This document shows, in pieces, positions 45,401-57,645 of a DNA stretch of 64,000 nt (positions are counted from its first letter, which is position 1; each line of letters opens with the position of its first letter). Source of the stretch: Macrostomum hystrix (lineage: Eukaryota; Animalia; Platyhelminthes); contig CATNEN010000008.1 of the NCBI GenBank assembly GCA_950097015.1, positions 3,472,001-3,536,000 on the forward strand, in the 5' to 3' direction. Under the pieces are notes generated by a model. The model had not been told where the DNA came from and ran no database searches. It was given only the letters and a program-made list of their open reading frames with translations. The translations under genes were made by a program, and so were the position numbers.

Positions 45401-47333
45401 GGTGGATGAATTTAGGATTGGGGGTGGATGAATCTAGGACTGGGGGGCGGATGAATTTAGGATTGGGGGCGGATGAATCTAGGACTGGGGGGCGGATGAA
45501 TCTAGGATTGGGGGGGCGGATAAATCTATTATTTTAGGGCGGATGAATGTAGGATTGGGGGCGGATGAATCTAGGATTGGGGGGCGGATGAATCTAGGAT
45601 TGGGGGGACGGATGAATCTAGGATTGGGGTCGGATGAATCTAGGATTGAGGGCGGATGAATCTAGGATTGAGGGCGGATGAATCTAGGATTGGGGGGCGG
45701 ATGAATCTAGGTTTGGGGGGGGCGGATAAATCTAGGATCGAAGGACAGTTCAGGGCCAAAATCTAGGCGATCTCCTAGTCGCTGACTCAGTTCACAAACG
45801 CACCGTCGAGTTGGAATCCGGTGGGAACCCTCCGTCCCATCGGCCAGGTGCTGACGAATGACGCCGGAGTGCCACTGACAACCGAGGAGCGCCTCACGGA
45901 GCTGGTCGCTGTGCTCCGCAGGGCCTGCCAACTGGCTGGTCGCGACCTGTCTGTGCGGCTGGCCGACCGGCTGGCATTCCGTTGCCATGGCAACAGCAAG
46001 CCGGCCTGCCAGGTGGATGTAAGGCAGGCAGATGCTGGCGGCGGTGGTCCCAGACTAACAAAAAGTCCAGCCGGAGCTGGGGTTCTGCAGCTGCAGCTCT
46101 GACACAGTCTGACGTTCGGACAAATATATTGAATTGAACAATTGAATTTAAATTCGCACCAACAATTATAACACAATGAGATTTATTTTTTTCTGATAAT
46201 GAAAGATATACATTTTACGCTCATGGTTTTTCGAGTATCTACTGAAAGTAATACTGATATTTTTAAACAAACTTGTTCAAATCGTCAAATCTAACAACGG
46301 ATTCTAACCCAATTCGAATTTTTTAATGTCATAAGGCTGAGACGTTTGTGCATTATATAGCACAGCACCCAGTACTGTACGGCTAAATCATGTATTGTCT
46401 GTGTTAAGGCATAGCTATACTATACATAAAAAGTTCCATCATGCCGTTAAGTGCTTTCTAAAAATTCCTTTAACAGTTTTTTAATATTTCGCGCAAGTTT
46501 AAAACGGCATTTTTGTTAGTCCAGCGAAATAATATAATATGCTATAGTTGATGTTCAATAACTGCTGGCTATTTTTGTAAGCTAATAAGCGGTTCATTTT
46601 CATCATTGATTATTATTGAAATCGAGTTTTATTAAACACTTTTTTAAACAATACGAGAACCTTATTACGCGTACAGAATTAATTATAACAAAAACAAAAA
46701 ATATATTTTTTAGTCTACGTTCGTTGATTGGGCGCTGTCGCGTGTTTGCTACTACTTTTATATATCGGATACTTTTTAAAGACGTATTGGCAGAACATTG
46801 ACTTGATTGACTTGATTTTTTATATTTTTGTCATTGAATTGCTGACTGTTTATTTTCCAGTTAGTTAGGCGAACAACAGTTGAACAATGCTTGTTAAAAA
46901 TGCGACTGAACTTAAAGTGAAACAAGTTGATTTGATAAGCGGACAATGCAATGAGCAACGTTCACCAGTCATTCAGCCATCACCCACCAGTCATTCAGGC
47001 ATCACCCATCAGTCATTCAGGCATCACCCATCAGTCATTCAGGCATCACCCATCAGTCATTCAGGCATCACCCATCAGTCATTCAGGCATCACCCATCAG
47101 TCATTCAGCCATCACGCACCAGTCATTCAGGTCATCAGTCTGCCCTAGTCGCCTCGGCGCCGCCTGTCTTCAGCTGCTGTCGCCGCATTCGCCGGAACTG
47201 CTTGGGGTCGATGCCCAGCTCCAGCAGTCGCTGCTCGCTGATCTGCAGCCTGTCATCGGATTTGGACTTCGGCTTCGACTTGTTCAACTTCTTAGACTTC
47301 AGCTTGGCCTTGCGGAGGTCAGGCGTTGCGTCC
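39458..47333. repeat. Tandem segmental duplication unit 4 (no retrotransposon; continues into the full KRI1 gene)
   Basis: Empty site GGATGAATATAGG; after 47333 the sequence continues as authentic KRI1 (GCGTCC-GCAGACAG). Confidence 0.95.
40402..46102 (+). pseudogene. MYO1D: 5'-truncated duplicate of myosin I exons A-D (unit 4), intact, no insertion
   Basis: Exons at 40402-40921, 42148-42213, 43657-44301 and 45848-46102. Confidence 0.85.
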
Positions 47334-47830
47334 GCAGACAGTTTGGCTTTCTTGGCCGCTGGGGGTTCCTCGGCTGCTGACAGCTCCGCTTGCCGCGGCT
47401 GCGGTCGCTTCTTGCGCGATCTGGGCACGGCCTCTTCGGATATCCCGGAGGTGGCAGCATCAGCAGCAGCAGTATCTTTGGTCTTCTTGTTCTTCTTCTT
47501 TTGCCGGCGTCGCTTCTTCCGCGTGTCGCCAGTTGATTGGCTCTCGGCATCGGCGTTGCTGTCGAGCACGTCTCGGCCTGATGAGGCCGCCCTAGCCCAG
47601 GCCTGCTCATCGGCAAACTGGGCAGCTGCCAGCAGGCGCTTCATCATGCCCGGCATGAGCTGGGCTTTGCGCTCCTGCAGCCGGGCGCTGCGAAACCGGC
47701 GCCTGTCGCGCCAGTCGGCCTCGCGGTCCCGGTACTGGCTGGCCTTGCGCAGAGAGCACCAAGCGTTCAGCTCGCGATCGTCGGCAAGGAGAATCTCGGC
47801 TGCAGTCAGACCGAAATCGTTCGGCTCCAC
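47135..47830 (-). CDS. KRI1: KRI1 homolog (40S ribosome biogenesis), exon 5 of 5
   Basis: TTCCAG|GTG; VEPNDFGLTAAEILLADDRELNAWCSLRK matches the Kri1 C-terminal domain (human [29 protein letters not shown]); tail QRLLELGIDPKQFRR. Confidence 0.93.
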   Translation of the reverse strand: MEPNDFGLTAAEILLADDRELNAWCSLRKASQYRDREADWRDRRRFRSARLQERKAQLMPGMMKRLLAAAQFADEQAWARAASSGRDVLDSNADAESQSTGDTRKKRRRQKKKNKKTKDTAAADAATSGISEEAVPRSRKKRPQPRQAELSAAEEPPAAKKAKLSADATPDLRKAKLKSKKLNKSKPKSKSDDRLQISEQRLLELGIDPKQFRRMRRQQLKTGGAEATRAD

Positions 47831-47879
47831 CTGGAAGTCATTGGAGTGCCAGGCTTTCATTCGGGGAATGCAGAGGTGA

Positions 47880-48430
47880 ATGTGGGATAAACTCATCAGT
47901 GGATGTGGGATAAACTCATCAGTGGATGTGGGATAAACTCATCAGTGGATGTGGGATAAACTCATCAGTGGATGTGGGATAAACTCATCAGTGGATGTGG
48001 GATAAACTCATCAGTGGATGTGGGATAAACTCATCAGTGGATGTGGGATAAACTCATCAGTGGATGTGGGATAAACTCATCAGTGGATGTGGGATAAACT
48101 CATCAGTTGATGTGGGATAAACTCATCAGTGGATGTGGGATAAACTCATCAGTGGATGTGGGATAAACTCATCAGTTGATGTGGGATAAACTCATCAGTG
48201 GATGTGGGATAAACTCATCAGTGAATGTGGGATAAACTCATCAGTGGATGTGGTATAAACTCATCAGTGGATGTGGGATAAACTCATCAGTGAATGTGGG
48301 ATAAACCCATCAGTGGATGTGGGATAAACTCATCAGTGGATGTGGGATAAACTCATCAGTGAATGTGGGATAAACCCATCAGTGGATGTGGGATAAACTC
48401 ATCAGTGGATGTGGGATAAACTCATCAGTG
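47880..48430. repeat. 23-bp minisatellite (GTGGGATAAACTCATCAGTGGAT) filling KRI1 intron 4
   Basis: About 24 near-identical copies, no spacers. Confidence 0.95.
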
Positions 48431-48443
48431 ATTGCATCAGCAC

Positions 48444-49529
48444 CTGTCGATAGTTGAACCGACAGGGCAGGTCGGGCTCCCCGGGTCCAGCCCTTATCAG
48501 GTCCTCGGCGCCAAGCTTGTCCGCCTCATCCTGCAGTTGCCTACGCAGCGCCTCGACCGACTCCAAGTCCGCCTCGCCCTCGCCGTCCTCGTCCTCGCTA
48601 AACTCTGGCTTCTTTTCAATCTTCTTATTCCCAGCAGCATCGTCGATCTCGCCGTAGAATTCCTCGCCGAATAGACTAGCCATTCGCCGATCGTGCTCGG
48701 CCGGATCGAAGTCCTCTTCGAGGAAGTCGCCGCCCAGCGTCTCGGCGACTCGGTCGGTTTTGTCGCCCTTGCCATTATTGACCTCGCCGTGGACATCGGC
48801 GATGCCGGCATTGCGCCGCAGACGTTCGAGTCGCCTTTCCAACTCGGCCGCCTTCATCTGGGCGACGGCGTCGAACTCCCGACGACGGGCCAGCCGGTCC
48901 GCTTTCCGACGCGCCCGAAGCTCGGCCCGACGACGCGCCCGATCGGCGTCCGAAGTCGACTGACGCAGCGAGTCGCCGATGCGGCGAGGATAACTGCGAA
49001 TGCCAACAGACCCGGAGTCGCCTGCATCCTCCTGTGGAGCCTCATCATCGTCATCATCAGTTTCATCCACAGCCGCTGCCGACCGATGCCCGCCTTGCCG
49101 CAGTTCCAGTCGGAGCAGCTCGGCGCTGGCCTCCTCTTCTGCTTTGTCTAGTGGCTCCGGCTCAGCCGCTGCTGAAGAAGAAGACTTCTTGACGACGAAC
49201 AGCTCACCGTCTTCGTCGTCATCTTCCTCTAAGAGGCCGTCGCCGCTGGCGAAGGTGCGCTTAAAGCCCGACTCGAACTCGGGATCGCGCTCGTCTGTTC
49301 GAACATTCCAACGCGACTCAAACTCGGACTGGCGAGTTAGGAAGGCCTCGTCCTCTGAGAGTTGCTCCTCAGCTTCTTTATCTTCCTCCGTGTCGGATTC
49401 CTCTGTTGCAGCCTTCTTCTGCTGCTGCCGCTGCGGCTGACGCCAGAACTCCTTGGTGATGTAATCCCGGAGATAGCGCTCCGCCTCAGTTAGACGGCCC
49501 TCGTTAGTCCAGTGACGCTTCAGCTTGGC
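48444..49529 (-). CDS. KRI1: KRI1 exon 4 of 5
   Basis: CACCCAG|GCC ... CAG|GTGCTG, 1086 nt; LKRHW...ERYLRDYI, FESRWNVR, IRSYPRRIGDSLR, EDFDPAEHDRRMASLFGEEFY, DLPCRFNYR. Confidence 0.93.
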
Positions 49530-49589
49530 CTGGGTGCGTGGGCGGGTGGGATCAGATTGGGACAAATGCCCACTAACACCTGACAGCTC

Positions 49590-50002
49590 ACCCCTCACCT
49601 GACCTACCACTCCCCTCACCTGACAGCCCACCCTCGCCTGACCTACCAATCCCCTCGCCTGACCTACCAATCCCCTCGCCTGACCTACCAATCCCCTCGC
49701 CTGACCTACCAATCCCTTCACCTGACCTACCAATCCCTTCACCTGACCTACCAATCCCTTCACCTGACTTATCAATCCCCTCACCTGACCTACCAGTCCC
49801 TTCACCTGACTTACCAATCCCCTCACCTGACCTACCAGTCCCTTCACCTGACCTACCAATCCCCTTGCCTGACCTACCAATCCCCTCGCCTGACCTACCA
49901 ATCCCCTCACCTGACCTACAAATCCCTTCACCTGACCTACCAGTCCCTTCACCTGACCTACCAATCCCCTCACCTGACCTACCAATCCCTCACCTGACCT
50001 AC
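49590..50002. repeat. 21-bp minisatellite (CACCTGACCTACCAATCCCCT) in KRI1 intron 3
   Basis: About 19 copies. Confidence 0.95.
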
Positions 50003-50031
50003 AAATCCTCAACTGACAGCCCACCCCTCAC

Positions 50032-50218
50032 CAGATCAGCCTTGCACTCAGGTTCCAGGCCCTCGCCGGCGTCAGAAGGCTCAGCCACGAACCGATGCAG
50101 CCGCAGCATGGGGTCCGCCTCGCCGCCGTCTGTTGCTTGATTTTGGCCGCGACGCTGCACCAGAAAGTCGTCATCGTCAGTTGCGCTTTCGTCGCCATTT
50201 GATTTAGCTTCGGAGGCA
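50032..50218 (-). CDS. KRI1: KRI1 exon 3 of 5
   Basis: CTTGCAG|T GCC ... CTG|GTGAGG; 187 nt, phases fit exons 2 and 4; DDDDFLVQRR. Confidence 0.82.
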
Positions 50219-50269
50219 CTGCAAGTTTTTATAGAAGGAAAATTTACGGAGAATGAAATTGCTGAGGAA

Positions 50270-52125
50270 GGCACAGAATGGCAGAGGAAGGCACAGAATG
50301 GCAGAGGAAGGCACAGAATGGCACAGGAGGGCACAGAATGGCACAGGAAGGCACAGAATGGCACAGGAAGGCACAGAATGGCAGAGGAAGGCACAGAATG
50401 GCACAGGAGGGCACAGAATGGCAGAGGAAGGCACAGAATGGCACAGGAAGGCACAGAATGGCACAGGAAGGCACAGAATGGCAGAGGAAGGCACAGAATG
50501 GCACAGGAAGGCACAGAATGGCACAGAATGGCACAGGAAGGCACAGAATGGCAGAGGAAGGCACAGAATGGCACAGGAAGGCACAGAATGGCACAGGAAG
50601 GCACAGAATGGCACAGGAAGGCACAGAATGGCAGAGGAAGGCACAGAATGGCAGAGGAAGGCACAGGAAGGCACAGAATGGCACAGGAAGGCACAGAATG
50701 GCAGAGGAAGGCACAGAATGGCACAGGAAGGCACAGAATGGCACAGGAAGGCACAGAATGGCACAGGAAGGCACAGAATGGCAGAGGAAGGCACAGGAAG
50801 GCACAGGAAGGCACAGGAAGGCACAGAATGGCACAGGAAGGCACAGAATGGCACAGGAAGGCACAGAATGGCAGAGGAAGGCACAGAATGGCACAGGAAG
50901 GCACAGAATGGCATGGGAAGGCACAGAATGGCACAGGAAGGCACAGAATGGCAGAGGAAGGCACAGGAAGGCACAGGAAGGCACAGGAAGGCACAGAATG
51001 GCACAGGAAGGCACAGAATGGCACAGGAAGGCACAGAATGGCAGAGGAAGGCACAGAATGGCACAGGAGGGCACAGAATGGCAGAGGAAGGCACAGAATG
51101 GCACAGGAAGGCACAGAATGGCACAAGAAGGCACAGAATGGCAGAGGAAGGCACAGAATGGCAGAGGAAGGCACAGAATGGCACAGGAGGGCACAGAATG
51201 GCACAGGAAGGCACAGAATGGCAGAGGAAGGCAAAGAATGGCAGAGGAAGGCACAGAATGGCACAGGAAAGCACAGAATGGCACAGGAAGGCACAGAATG
51301 GCAGAGGAAGGCAAAGAATGGCAGAGGAAGGCACAGAATGGCAGAGGAAGGCACAGAATGGCACAGGAAGGCACAGAATGGCAGAGGAAGGCACAGAATG
51401 GCAGAGGAAGGCACAGAATGGCACAGGAGGGCACAGAATGGCACAGGAAGGCACAGAATGGCACAGGAAGGCACAGAATGGCAGAGGAAGGCACAGAATG
51501 GCACAGGAAGGCACAGAATGGCAGAGGAAGGCACAGAATGGCACAGGAAGGCACAGAATGGCACAAGAAGGCACAGAATGGCAGAGGAAGGCACAGAATG
51601 GCAGAGGAAGGCACAGAATGGCACAGGAGGGCACAGAATGGCACAGGAAGGCACAGAATGGCAGAGGAAGGCAAAGAATGGCAGAGGAAGGCACACAATG
51701 GCACAGGAAAGCACAGAATGGCACAGGAAAGCACAGAATGGCACAGGAAGGCACAGAATGGCAGAGGAAGGCACAGAATGGCACAGGAGGGCACAGAATG
51801 GCACAGGAAAGCACAGAATGGCACAGGAAGGCACAGAATGGCAGAGGAAGGCACAGAATGGCACAGGAGGGCACAGAATGGCACAGGAAGGCACAGAATG
51901 GCACAGGAAGGCACAGAATGGCAGAGGAAGGCACAGAATGGCACAGGAGGGCACAGAATGGCACAGGAAGGCACAGAATGGCACAGGAAGGCACAGAATG
52001 GCACAGGAAGGCACAGAATGGCACAGGAAGGCACAGAATGGCAGAGGAAGGTACAGAATGGCAGAGGAAGGCACAGAATGGCACAGGAAGGCACAGAATG
52101 GCAGAGGAAGGCACAGAATGGCACA
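50270..52125. repeat. 20-bp minisatellite (GCACAGAATGGCACAGGAAG, 10-bp subunits) filling KRI1 intron 2
   Basis: About 93 copies; source of the spurious 600-690 aa ORFs in all six frames. Confidence 0.97.
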
Positions 52126-52331
52126 TAGCGGGTCTCACTGAGCTCTAGCCAGGGAGTGTCGAATCTGTTCAGCTTCCTGCATATTGTGGCGCATACTGTC
52201 GCTGCTGTCAGGCTCAGTCGGTGCTCCATTGTCCTCGGATTTGCTGTCCAGGTGGTTGAGTAGGCGGGAGTGCAGCTAATTAATGTTTTGTGACACGCAG
52301 CAAAAGTACATTTGAGTTGAGCCAAACTTAC

Positions 52332-52683
52332 TAGGCACCCTCCAGCAGAAACTTTCTGTGAAACTCATTATAGTACATTGGCCGGTGCTTCTCAGCAGCA
52401 TCAGCGTCTGGCTCGCCATTGTCGGCTTCATCGTCCTCGCTGTTCTGTTCCTCCTGGAACCACCGGACCTCGGGGTCGTACAGGCGCTGATCGTTAGACT
52501 GCAGAGCTGCGTACACACGCAGGAAGCCAGCCTCCGTGTGCGGCGTCCAGCCACGACCCTCCGAGTCTGACGATGAGGATTCTGATTCCGAATGCGAATC
52601 GGATGCCGAATGATCCCCTTCCGTAGGCTTTGAGGCGCGAGATTTCGCTTCGCTCAGCTTCACATCACCGTATCTGTCCTTGA
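52332..52683 (-). CDS. KRI1: KRI1 exon 2 of 5
   Basis: CCATCAG|TC AAG GAC AGA TAC ... GCC TA|GTAAGT; KDRYGD...EAGFLRVYAALQSNDQRLYDPEVRWF...RPMYYNEFHRKFLLE matches the Kri1 N-terminal motifs. Confidence 0.9.
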
Positions 52684-52779
52684 CTGATGGCAATTTGGTG
52701 ATTTGCTGAATACTCATATGCAGATACTAGTGACAAACTTCTGCACCTGACACATCTACTCACCACACCTCATCTAGTC

Positions 52780-53370
52780 TTACTCTATCCAGATCTAGCC
52801 ACTATCCTAGTCCATTTCTAGCCACTATCCTAGCCCAGATCTAGCCACTATCCCAACCCCGATCTAGCCACTATCCCAACCCAGATCTAGCCACTATCCC
52901 AACCCAGATCTAGCCACTATCCTAGCCCATATCTAGCCACTATCCTAGCCCATTTCTAGCCACTATCCTAGCCCATATCTAGCCACTATTTCAACCCATA
53001 TCTAGCCACTATCCTAGCCCATATCTAGCCACTATCCTAGCCCATATCTAGCCACTATTTCAACCCATATCTAGCCACTATTCTAGCCCATATCTAGCCA
53101 CTATTTCAACCCATATCTAGCCACTATCCTAGCCCATATCTAGCCACTATCCTAGCCCATATCTAGCCACTATCCTAGCCCATATCTAGCCACTATCCTA
53201 GCCCATATCTAGCCACTATTTCAACCCATATCTAGCCACTATCCTAGCCCATATCTAGCCACTATCCGAGCCCATTTCTAGCCACTATTTTAACCCATGT
53301 CTAGCCACTATCCTAGCCCATATCTAGCCACTATTTCAACCCATGTCTAGCCACTATCCTAGCCCATTTC
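52780..53370. repeat. 23-bp minisatellite (CCCATATCTAGCCACTATCCTAG) in KRI1 intron 1
   Basis: About 25 copies. Confidence 0.95.
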
Positions 53371-53408
53371 TCGCAGATATTAAGCTGTGTAACACAAGCA
53401 GCGCTTAC

Positions 53409-53478
53409 ACTTTTGCAGCTCCTCCTTTCGTCGATATTCGTCATATTTCTTAGCGAACTTATTATTGATTTTCAGCAT
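53409..53478 (-). CDS. KRI1: KRI1 exon 1 of 5 (start codon)
   Basis: MLKINNKFAKKYDEYRRKEELQK then T|GTAAGC (human [22 protein letters not shown]). The five exons total 2391 nt, giving 796 aa plus stop. Confidence 0.88.
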
Positions 53479-53634
53479 AACTTCGCAGCTAAATATGAGA
53501 GTTGAGAAACCTTGTTTTAATAGCCGCACAAGACTACCTTGAAGCCAAGCTAAACTGGGTAGTCTGGAAGGTAAAGACAAGAATATTCGGAATACTAGCT
53601 GATTATAGAAACTTTAGTGGACAAAATAGGTGGG

Positions 53635-54643
53635 GTGAATCAGGGTGAGGAATGGGAAATTCAGTGGGATGAATCAGGGTGAAGAATGGGAAATTCAGTG
53701 GGATGAATCAGGGTGAGGAATGGGGAATTCAATGGGATGAATCAGGGTGAGGAACGGGAAATTCAGTGGGATGAATCAGGGTGAAGAATGGGAAATTCAG
53801 TGGGATGAATCAGGGTGAGGAATGGGGAATTCAGTGGGATGAATCAGGGTGAGAAATGGGGAATTCAGTGGGATGAATCAGGGTGAGGAATGGGAAATTC
53901 ATTTGGATGAATCAGGGTGAAGAATGGGAAATTCATTTGGATGAATCAGGGTGAGGAATGGGGAATTCAATGGGATGAATCAGGGTGAGGAATGGGAAAT
54001 TCAGTGGGATGAATCAGGGTGAGGAATGGGAAATTCATTTGGATGAATCAGGGTGAGGAATGGGAAATTCAGTGGGATGAATCAGGGTGAGGAATGGGAA
54101 ATTCAGTGGGATGAATCAGGGTGAGGAATGGGAAATTCATTTGGATGAATCAGGATGAGGAATGGGAAATTCAGTGGGATGAATCAGGGTGAGGAATGGG
54201 AAATTCAGTGGGATGAATCAGGGTGAGGAATGGGGAATTCAGTGGGATGAATCAGGGTGAGGAATGGGGAATTCAGTGGGATGAATCAGGGTGAGGAATG
54301 GGAAATTCAGTGGGATGAATCAGAGTGAGGAATGGGAAATTCAGTGGGATGAATCAGAGTGACGAATGGGAAATTCAGTGGGATGAATCAGAGTGACGAA
54401 TGGGAAATTCAGTGGGATGAATCAGGGTGAGGAATGGGAAATTCAGTGGGATGAATCAGGGTGAGGAATGGGGAATTCAGTGGGATGAATCAGGGTGAGG
54501 AATGGGGAATTCAGTGGGATGAATCAGGGTGAGGAATGGGGAATTCAGTGGGATGAATCAGGGTGAGGAATGGGAAATTCAATGGGATGAATCAGGGTGA
54601 GGAATGGGAAATTCAGTGGGATGAATCAGGGTGAGGAATGGGA
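53635..54643. repeat. 34-bp minisatellite (GGGATGAATCAGGGTGAGGAATGGGAAATTCAGT) upstream of KRI1
   Basis: About 30 copies. Confidence 0.95.
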
Positions 54644-55299
54644 AGTATTGATATGTGCAGACTGTTTCTGAAGCAACAAAAACATTTAGAGTTGAAACAT
54701 TTTGTCCATCAAAATGATGTCAGGAAAAAATATTCAGAATAACCGGTCACACAAAATTATGCTTTATATTTTTACAATAAAGCTAATTATTATAAAGAAC
54801 CCACAGCTGCAGGAAATGTTTTCAACTGTTGCATATTTTTAATTGGCGACCCAAAATTGATAATATGAATACACACTTTATATTAGTTTTCTGTTTACAG
54901 AAATTCAAGGCAAAAATAAAGAAATTTAGGTAGAGAAAAAAACTGATTTTCTTAAACAATTTCTTTCGTTGTTCTTAAACCATTTGATCGATAGAAAACA
55001 CACCGTATCTTGGTAACCGGTTAGCCAAAAAATCACATAATTTAAATTTAAATTTATTAACAAAAATAGTTTAAGAATGCAGTACAATATATTTTTTAAC
55101 TTTGTGACAGTTGTTATATTGAGTGACTTTAACTTTAACAAACATTAATGCTTTCAACATTAGGCAATCTATTGACTACTAACATGAGCCATGAACAGGG
55201 TCATGGTTTGCGCCTATAAGCATGTCATTAAGATAATCTAGAATCTTTATTTGATTATCTCTAATTTAGAGGATAATCTGAAAACCTAGATAGGTTAAT

Positions 55300-56125
55300 C
55301 CACAACCTAGATAGGATAATCTAGAACCTATATAGGATAATCCACACACTAGATAGGATAATCCACACCCTAGATAGGATAATCCACACCCTAGATAGGA
55401 TAATCCAGAACCTAGATAAGATAATCCACACCCTAGATAGGATAATCCACACCCTAGATAGGATAATCCACAATCTTGATAAGATAATCCAGAACCTAGA
55501 TAAGATAATCCACACCCTAGATAGGATAATCCACACCCTAGATAGGATAATCTACACCCTAGATAAGATAATCCAGAACCTAGATAAGATAATCCAGAAC
55601 CTAGATAAGATAATCCACACCCTAGATAGGATAATCCACACCCTAGATAGGATAATCCAGAACCTAGATAAGATAATCCAGAACCTAGATAGGATAATCC
55701 ACACCCTAGATAGGATAATCCACAATCTAGATAGGATAATCCACACCCTAGATAGGATAATCCACACCCTAGATAGGATAATCCAGAACCTAGATAAGAT
55801 AATCCAGAACCTAGATAGGATAATCCACACCCTAGATAGGATAATCCACAATCTAGATAGGATAATCCACACCCTAGATAGGATAATCCACACCCTAGAT
55901 AGGATAATCCAGAACCTAGATAAGATAATCCACACCCTAGATAGGATAATCCACACCCTAGATAGGATAATCCAGAACCTAGATAAGATAATCCAGAACC
56001 TAGATAGGATAATCCACACCCTAGATAGGATAATCCACAATCTAGATAAGATAATCCAGAATCTAGATAGGATAATCCAGAACCTAGATGGGATAATCCA
56101 GAACCTAGATAGGATAATCCAGACT
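55300..56125. repeat. 21-bp minisatellite (GGATAATCCACACCCTAGATA / GATAATCCAGAACCTAGATAA) downstream of BTF3
   Basis: About 39 copies; same family as 60595-61260. Confidence 0.95.
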
Positions 56126-56292
56126 AAATAAGGGTGCGGTTTTTGGGATAACTTTGACTGACCCTACAGTTAAAAAACACCAACAAGTGAAATAAACCAG
56201 GAAAAAAATCACTGAATTTCGAATCAACAAATACAATTGCTGAAGTTTGATAAACACAATTTTATCATCATTGTCAAATAAAGCGCTGCCGT

Positions 56293-56414
56293 TTATTCAG
56301 CCTTGGCGGCTTCGTCAAAGTTGCCAACAAGTTCGGGAACCTCGTCGTCGTCGTTGGCTGCGGCAGCGGCCTCCGCCTTGTCGATGGCCGCGCCCTCGTC
56401 CGGCTTCGGCGCAC
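56293..56414 (-). CDS. BTF3: BTF3 / NAC-beta coding exon 2
   Basis: TAAACAG|GT GCG; GAPKPDEGAAIDKAEAAAAANDDDEVPELVGNFDEAAKAE*, the conserved DDEVPDLVENFDEASK motif. Confidence 0.92.
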
Positions 56415-56504
56415 CTGTTTAAATTAAATAAGAGGGATTTCAGAATGCGGATATTGGGATCTGGTGCAGGGATGCCTGTACAGATGAGGTGCAGGGTTGC
56501 GGAT

Positions 56505-57240
56505 GTTGGCCAGGGATGTGGTGCAGGGATGTAGTGCAGGGATGTAGTGCAGGGATGTAGTGCAGGGATGTGGTGCAGGGATGTGGTGCAGGGATAAGGT
56601 GCAGGGATGTAGTGCAGGGATGTAGTGCAGGGATGTAGTGCAGGGATGTAGTGCAGGGATGTAGTGCAGGGATGTAGTGCAGGGATGTAGTGCAGGGATG
56701 TGGTGCAGGGATGTAGTGCAGGGATGTAGTGCAGGGATGTAGTGCAGGGATGTGGTGCAGGGATAAGGTGCAGGGATGTAGTGCAGGGATGTAGTGCAGG
56801 GATGTAGTGCAGGGATGTAGTGCAGGGATGTAGTGCAGGGATGTAGTGCAGGGATGTAGTGCAGGGATGTGGTGCAGGGATGTAGTGCAGGGATGTAGTG
56901 CAGGGATGTAGTGCAGGGATGTGGTGCAGGGATAAGGTGCAAGGATGTAGTGCAGGGATGTAGTGCAGGGATGTAGTGCAGGGATGTAGTGCAGGGATGT
57001 GGTGCAGGGATAAGGTGCAAGGATGTAGTGCAGGGATGTAGTGCAGGGATGTGGTGTAGGGATGTGGTGCAGGGATGTGTAGGGATGCGGTGTATGGATG
57101 CGGTGTAGGGATGTGGTGGAGCGATGTGGTTTAGGGATGCGGTGTAGGGAGGTGGTGCAGGGATGTGATGTAGGGACGTGTTGGAAGTGATTTGGCGCAG
57201 GGATTTGGCGCAGGGATGTGGTGCAGGGATGTGGTGCAGG
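56505..57240. repeat. 13-bp minisatellite (GCAGGGATGTAGT) filling the BTF3 coding intron
   Basis: About 55 copies. Confidence 0.95.
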
Positions 57241-57263
57241 GTTGCAGCCAGAGCAGTGCTCAC

Positions 57264-57645
57264 CAAAGGCTCCAGCTCCAGTGGCAAGCCTCTTTAAGTT
57301 GGCAAAGTTCTCCGGGCCCATCTGGTTCCAGACAGTCGGCAGCAGCTCTGCGAGGCTCCTGGTCTCAGATTGGCCAGTGATGGCAAAGGTGTTGGCCTGT
57401 AGAGAGGCCTGCACCTTGGGATTATTAAAGTGAATGACCTCATTGTTATCCTTGAACATGTTGACCTCCTCAATGCCAGGAATCGAGTTAACAGCCAGCT
57501 TCTTCAGCGTGGCGGTGACCTTTCGCTCGTCAGTGCCAGTGTTCTTGTGCAGCACCTTCCTCTTGCGCCTAGCCGAACCTTTGCCGCCAATGCGAACTGA
57601 GTCCACCTGAGCTTTCAGCTTCTCAATCTTGGCCTGCCTGTCCAT
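57264..57645 (-). CDS. BTF3: BTF3 / NAC-beta coding exon 1
   Basis: [25 protein letters not shown]...[20 protein letters not shown]...[21 protein letters not shown]; donor G|GTGAGC. Total protein 167 aa. Confidence 0.96.

Noticed and set aside
47880-48430. CRISPR-like regularly repeated arrays (here and elsewhere)
   Set aside because: Head-to-tail units with no unique spacers, no cas genes, and a eukaryotic intron context.
48402-50024. 540-aa ORF taken as a single protein
   Set aside because: The N-terminal GLVGQVR repeats come from the intron 3 satellite; the real exon is 48444-49529.
49999-52325. Six ORFs of 607-693 aa on both strands
   Set aside because: They are translations of a stop-free 20-bp minisatellite inside KRI1 intron 2.
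56440-57645. 401-aa BTF3 with a long HPC-rich tail
   Set aside because: The ORF reads through the donor at 57263 into the 13-bp satellite; the true C-terminus is at 56293-56414.
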